Program-made: the position numbers and the translations under genes
Assembly: GCF_006345805.1 (NCBI RefSeq)
Contig: NC_043006.1
Coordinates: forward strand, 6,262,001-6,326,000
Length of the DNA stretch: 64,000 nt
Reading direction: 5' to 3'
Origin: Octopus sinensis
Taxonomy: Eukaryota
Notes under the pieces: model-generated
Told to the model about the DNA's origin: nothing
Database searches by the model: none
What the model saw: only the letters and a program-made list of their open reading frames with translations
Shown: positions 58,910 to 64,000 of the stretch, piece by piece
How positions within the stretch are numbered: the first letter of the stretch is position 1
Layout of the letters: every line of letters starts with the position of its first letter

Positions 58910-59740
58910 ATCATCATCATCATCATCATCATCATTTAGCATCCGTTCTCCATGCTAGCATGGGTTGGACGGTTCAACTAGGGTCTGTGAAGCTGGAAGG
59001 CTTCATCAGGCCCAGTCAGATCTGGCAGTGTTTCTACGGCTGGATGCCCTTCCTAACGCCAACCACTCCGTGAGTGTAGTGGGTGCTTTTTACGTGCCAC
59101 CCGCACAGGTGCCAGACAGAGCTGGCAAACGGCCACGAACGGATGGTGCTTTTACGTGTCACCGGCACGGGGGCCAGGCGAGGCTGGCAACGGACACGAA
59201 ACAGATGGTGCTTTTACGTGCCACCGACACGGGGGCCAGACAGGGTTGGCAAACGGCCACGAACGGATGGTGCTTTTACGTGTCACCGGCACAGGGGCCA
59301 GGCGAGGCTGGCAATGAACACGAACGGATGGTGCTTTTACGTGCCACCGACACGGGGGCCAGACAGGGCTGACAAACGACCACGAACGGATGGACCTCAA
59401 TTTGGTTCTGCTTTCTGATATATGTATTGATTTGGTTTGATTTTGATTTTGACCGTTCTCACTGGTCTTGCCGGGTTTTCTCACGCACAGCATACTTCCA
59501 AAGGTCTCGGTCTCTGGTCATTTCCTTGGTGAGACCTAAAGTTCGAAGGTCGTGCTTCACCACCTCGACCCAGGTTTTCCTGAGTCTACCTCTTCCACAG
59601 GTCCCCTCAACTGCCAGGGTGTGGCACTTTCGCACACAACTATCTTCAGCCATTCTCATCACATGACCATACCAGTGCAAACGTCTCTCTTGCACACAAC
59701 AACTGATGCTTCTTAGGTTCAACTTTTCTCTCAAGGTACT
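58910..59740 (-). mobile_element. RTE LINE 3' fragment with tandem-repeat 3' UTR
   Basis: [28 protein letters not shown]...; (CAT)n tail at 58912-58936. Confidence 0.88.
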
Positions 59741-59744
59741 TACA

Positions 59745-59940
59745 TTGAAATTATTGTATACAGTGCTCAGGTGCGCCACAACTTGTCAAAAGTGCATATA
59801 AAGTATATGCAATAATGTACAAATGTCTGGAAAGTGAATAGTGTATGAGTCAGATAGATGCTTGCGTGTGTACGGAGGGGAGAAAATCAGGTGTAGTGTT
59901 GGTGAATCTCAGGAAGCATGGAAGTTTTGAAGGATGCAAT
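59745..59940 (-). mobile_element. CR1 3' UTR fragment
   Basis: Reverse complement of the CR1 3' end. Confidence 0.8.
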
Positions 59941-60629
59941 GGAGAGGTCAGAATAAAACTAAAACTCAGATAATTTTTTCCCTCGTCTCAGAATTATCTA
60001 TTGTTAACTTTGAACATGGAAATACGACCTTACTTGTGTTGTTGTTTATCTCACATCAGTCCTGATTGAACAGACCTAGGTGTTCCAATCATGACCATCC
60101 TGTTTGTTTTTTATGATGGTAGGGTGCGATCTGATGGCAATCTGGCTGCAATTTCTCAAAGGTCAAATGATCAGATAGATGCTCCTTTTTGACTTGTTAC
60201 CTTACTTATTCTTTAAACAGACAAGGCATAGCTGTGCGGTTATAGGTGCAGGTGTGGTTGGGTGGTTAAGAAACTTGCTTTGCAAACATGTGATTTTGGG
60301 TTCAGTCCCACTGCACAGCAAGTGTCTTCTACTACAGCCTAGTTTGACAATGTAAGTGAATTTGGTTGATGGAAGTCTATCATATACATATCATCATCAT
60401 CATTGTTTAACGTCTGCTTTCCATGCTAGCATGGGTTGGACGATTTGACTGAGGGCTGGCGAACCAGATGGCTGCACCAGGCTCCAATCTTGATTTGGCA
60501 GAGTTTCTACAGCTGGATGCCCTTCCTAACACCAACCACTCCAAGAGTGTAGTGGGTGCTTTTTACATGCCACCAGCATGGGAGCCAGTCAGGCGGTACT
60601 GGCTCGAATCTTTTTATATATATAAATAT

Positions 60630-61022
60630 ATGTCCCTCTGTCATACTCTAACCTCTCCTCATCTGGCACAAAACCACCTCCCTCAATACCACTTCTCCCA
60701 CCTCAAAATCTCTTGTGGAAGCATCTTCCAACCAAAGTACAAATGTATGGGAAATTACCACCTGTATCATCTCTTGTGAAAGGTAGGAGAGTCCAGTTTG
60801 CTGGACATTGTTGTAGAGCTGAAAACGAGGTAATTTCTACTCTTCTCCCCTGGAAACCATCTGCTCATGATACAAGAGGGCGCACACTCTCCTACCCTGA
60901 TGTAATCTCCAGGGATACAGGCATCCAGCAACAGGACCTCTGTAATGCTATGATGGACCGTGAAGTCTGGCGTAACATAGTAAATTCCATTGTCTCGACC
61001 ATGGTCGAACAATGATGATGAT
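60630..61022 (+). mobile_element. RTE-like LINE 3' end (different family)
   Basis: LPPVSSLVKGRRVQFAGHCCR...RGRTLSYPDVISRD..MMDREVWR followed by (TGA)n tail. Confidence 0.75.
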
Positions 61023-61489
61023 CTCCCACCTCAGCTGAGAGATTTTTGTCTTGCACGTTACTTGGTAATCTCATCAGTACTAGTACTAGGTAAAAAACAC
61101 CCAGTCCACTCAGTAAAGTGGTTGGCGTTAAGGAAGGCGTCCAGTTGTAAAACCATATCGAAGCAGGCAGTGGAGATTACCAGAATCCTCTGGTCTACTT
61201 GCTCCTGTCAAACTGCCCCAACCCATTCCAGGAAAGGAAGACTGATGTTAAATGATGTGTGTGTGTCTTTGTGTTTGTGTTTGTCCTTCTCACCACTTGA
61301 CAACGAGTATTTGTTTATTTACATTCTTGCAATTTGGCGCTTCAGCAAAAGACAATAAAAGGATAAGTACCAGACTTAAAAATTAGTACTGGGGGCAATT
61401 TGTTTGACAAAATCCTTGAAGACTATGTCCCAAGATAAAAGATACCAGATGCATACTCTGCTGGTTTAGACATTGTATATTGTACTTTC

Positions 61490-62070
61490 ATACCTATTTC
61501 TTTACTACCCACAAGGGGCTAAACACAAAGGGGACAAACAAGGACAGACAAACGGATTAAGTCAATTACATTGACCCCAGTGCACAACTGGTACTTAATT
61601 TATCGACACCCAGAAAGGATGAAAGGCAAAGTCGACCTCGGCGGAATTTGAACTCAGAATGTAGCGGCAGACGAAATACCTATTTCTTTACTACCCACAA
61701 GGGGCTAAACACAGAGGGGACAAACAAGGACAGACAAACGGATTAAGTCGATTACATTGAACCCAGTGCATAACTGGTACTTATTTAATCGACCACGAAA
61801 GGATGAAAGACAAAGTCGACCTTGGCGGAATTTGTACTAAGAATGTAGCGGCAGGCAAAATACCTATTTCTTTACTACCCACAAGGGGCTAAACACAGAG
61901 GGAACAAACAAGGACAGACAAACGGATCAAGTCGATTACATCGACCCCAGTGCGTAACTGGTACTTAATTTATCGACACCCAGAAAGGATGAAAGGCAAA
62001 GTCGACCTCAGCAGAATTTGAACTCAGAATGTAACGGCAGGCAAAATACCGCTAAGCATTTTGTCTGGTA
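61490..62070 (-). repeat. Head-to-tail trimer of SINE family B
   Basis: Junctions near 61670, 61855 and 62040. Confidence 0.88.
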
Positions 62071-62618
62071 AAAGGTAAGTTTACATTGAGCCCAGTCAGC
62101 CATCCAATTCCACTAACCTGACAAACCCTACTTGATTCCACTTATTCTGCAAGTATCCCCAAGAAAGACATTGCTGTAATGCAATATCACTCCCCATTTT
62201 TTTACAGAATTGTAACCATGCATTTAAGTAGAAAATCAATAATGAAACATGTGTGAACTTGTTGGGAATTAAAATATTTAATGGTATTATAAATCATTAC
62301 TAATCTCATGAAATACCTAAGTTGTTAATGAATAAAACAGATATAAACTAATAAGGAATTAAAACAAAGATCAAATATAATGTTATCAATCAGCAATAGA
62401 GCAGGACAGCAACAAAATAAGGTGTGAAAACTGTGACAGTGAAAGATAGATATTACACACTATTACGGCAGGCCTCCACTAGAAAACTAGATTTGGTGAA
62501 TTAGGATACCAAGTTCATTTCTCATTTTGAATTATGTGTTCTGTCAGTGATTAATTCATATTTTTCATCAAAAATGTATGAGTTTAGTGTTGGAAAATGA
62601 AACAAACAAGCAAAATTG

Positions 62619-63012
62619 TATGAAGGGTGGGCTGAAAAGTTCATAGGCTGACTATGAAGGAGTGATGCTTGAGCTGTGAAATCTTGCATGCATTAATTTC
62701 AACTGTGCATTGATTTTTATCAGTTAACCGTACATTAGACTGCTCAAAGAAGACTTGAGAAGCAACTTCTCTTCAAAATGGACAAAACTTGGAATCTTGA
62801 TGTGAAGTACTTGCAGAAAAAGGGTTTAGTTCCCAAGAACATTGATGCTGATATGGTTACTACATTAGAGGATGATGCTACAGCTTTATCAACAGTGCCA
62901 AAATGATGAGCAGTTGAATTTAAGAGTGGAAGAGACAGTCTTGGAAATGACTCAAATTTTGGATGTCCAGCAACTGCCACCACCATGGAAAACACTGAAT
63001 AAGTTCAGCACA
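62619..63012 (+). mobile_element. Mariner transposon 5' fragment
   Basis: TA + TGAAGGGTGGGCTGAAAAGTT TIR-like end; VKYLQKKGLVPKNIDADMVTTLEDDATALSTV...EFKSGRDSL..GCPATATT helix-turn-helix region, with stops. Confidence 0.8.
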
Positions 63013-63719
63013 TGCTAAGAATTATGCCTGGCATGGTAATGATTTTGCCAGCTCACTGCCTTAACATCGACAACTATTGTTTCTAATTTCGGCACAAGGC
63101 CAGCAGCTTTATGAGAATAAGATGAGCCAGTATCATTGATCCTAGTACCTGATTGGTGCTTTATTTTATTGCCTGCAAAAGGATGAAAGGAAAAGTTAAC
63201 CTCTCTGGGACTTAGATTCAAAATGTTAAGTATAGTAACAAATCCTACAAGGTATTCTTTTTCAGCATAAGGCGGCAAGCTGGCAGAAATGTTAGCACAC
63301 CAGGCAAAATGCTTAGCAGTATTTCGTCTGCCGTTACCTTCTGAGTTGAAATTCCACTGAGGTCGACTTTGCCTTTCATCCTTTCGGGGTCGATTAAATA
63401 AGTACCAGTTACGGACTGGGGTCAATATAATCAACTTAATCCGTTTGTCTGTCCTTGTTTGTCCTCTCTGTGTTTAGCCCCTTGGGGGGTAATAAAGAAA
63501 TAGGTATTTTTTTTCAGCATTCTAACAGTTCTGCTATTTCAACATGTTGGTGTAGTCGTTGAAAATTAATTAATGAAGATAATTTTCTGCAAGAAAGGGC
63601 ACAAAGAAAAAAAAGACTGTTTAAAAGTTCAATCAGTTGAATTATTAGGATTCTTTTGTGCACACACAAACACACATATAATTACAGATAGATAGATAAA
63701 CACACAGAGATTAGCACTA

Positions 63720-64000
63720 AAAAGACCAAGATCATGGTGGCAACCACCTGAGAATCAGAGTGGCTGACCATTTGATGTTGGTGAGGTGAGGTAGGTAAGA
63801 GAGTCACATTTGACAAGTTTGTGCATCTGGGCTCCATTGTTTACCAAAATAGTGGACTGCAACCAGGGAAGAAGTCACTTAATACAGTAGGGAGAGACTG
63901 TACCCCCAGCAAAAGCATCAAGCTGAAAGTTCTAAAATCTCACTGGTTCTGACAGTAGCAAAGTATGGGTAAGAAATATGATCTTAAGAGTGGCAGACAC
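63720..64000 (+). mobile_element. Old RTE-like RT fragment
   Basis: KTKIMV...DKFVHLGSIV...KLKVLKSLVLTVAKYG remnants with stops. Confidence 0.5.

Overview
AT-rich, repeat-dense animal genomic DNA. The repeat families look like those of Octopus (inference from recognition, no database search). The only protein gene I can support is a complete WDR24 (GATOR2/SEA2 subunit) on the minus strand, 21080-56927. I hand-spliced it into 18 coding exons with consistent phases (2394 nt, 797 aa + stop). It has one GC-AG intron and a tentative 16-nt first coding exon. A second minus-strand gene probably starts at about 12372 (Inr, ETS/CRE motif, non-coding first exon), but no coding exons for it were found. 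The rest is mobile DNA: RTE, CR1 and CRE-like LINE fragments, Penelope-like elements (PLEs), four SINE or LINE-tail families, non-autonomous Helitrons, piggyBac- and Mutator-like MITEs, and mariner and Gypsy remnants. The most notable observations are: (i) three unrelated repeat families each carry a minimal type-I hammerhead ribozyme motif with a 4-nt palindromic helix III, and one sits behind a tRNA-derived Pol III promoter; (ii) a CR1 fragment is flanked by a 173-bp direct duplication; (iii) there are many fold-back or inverted duplications, including a perfect 102-bp palindrome, several inside the WDR24 pre-mRNA.
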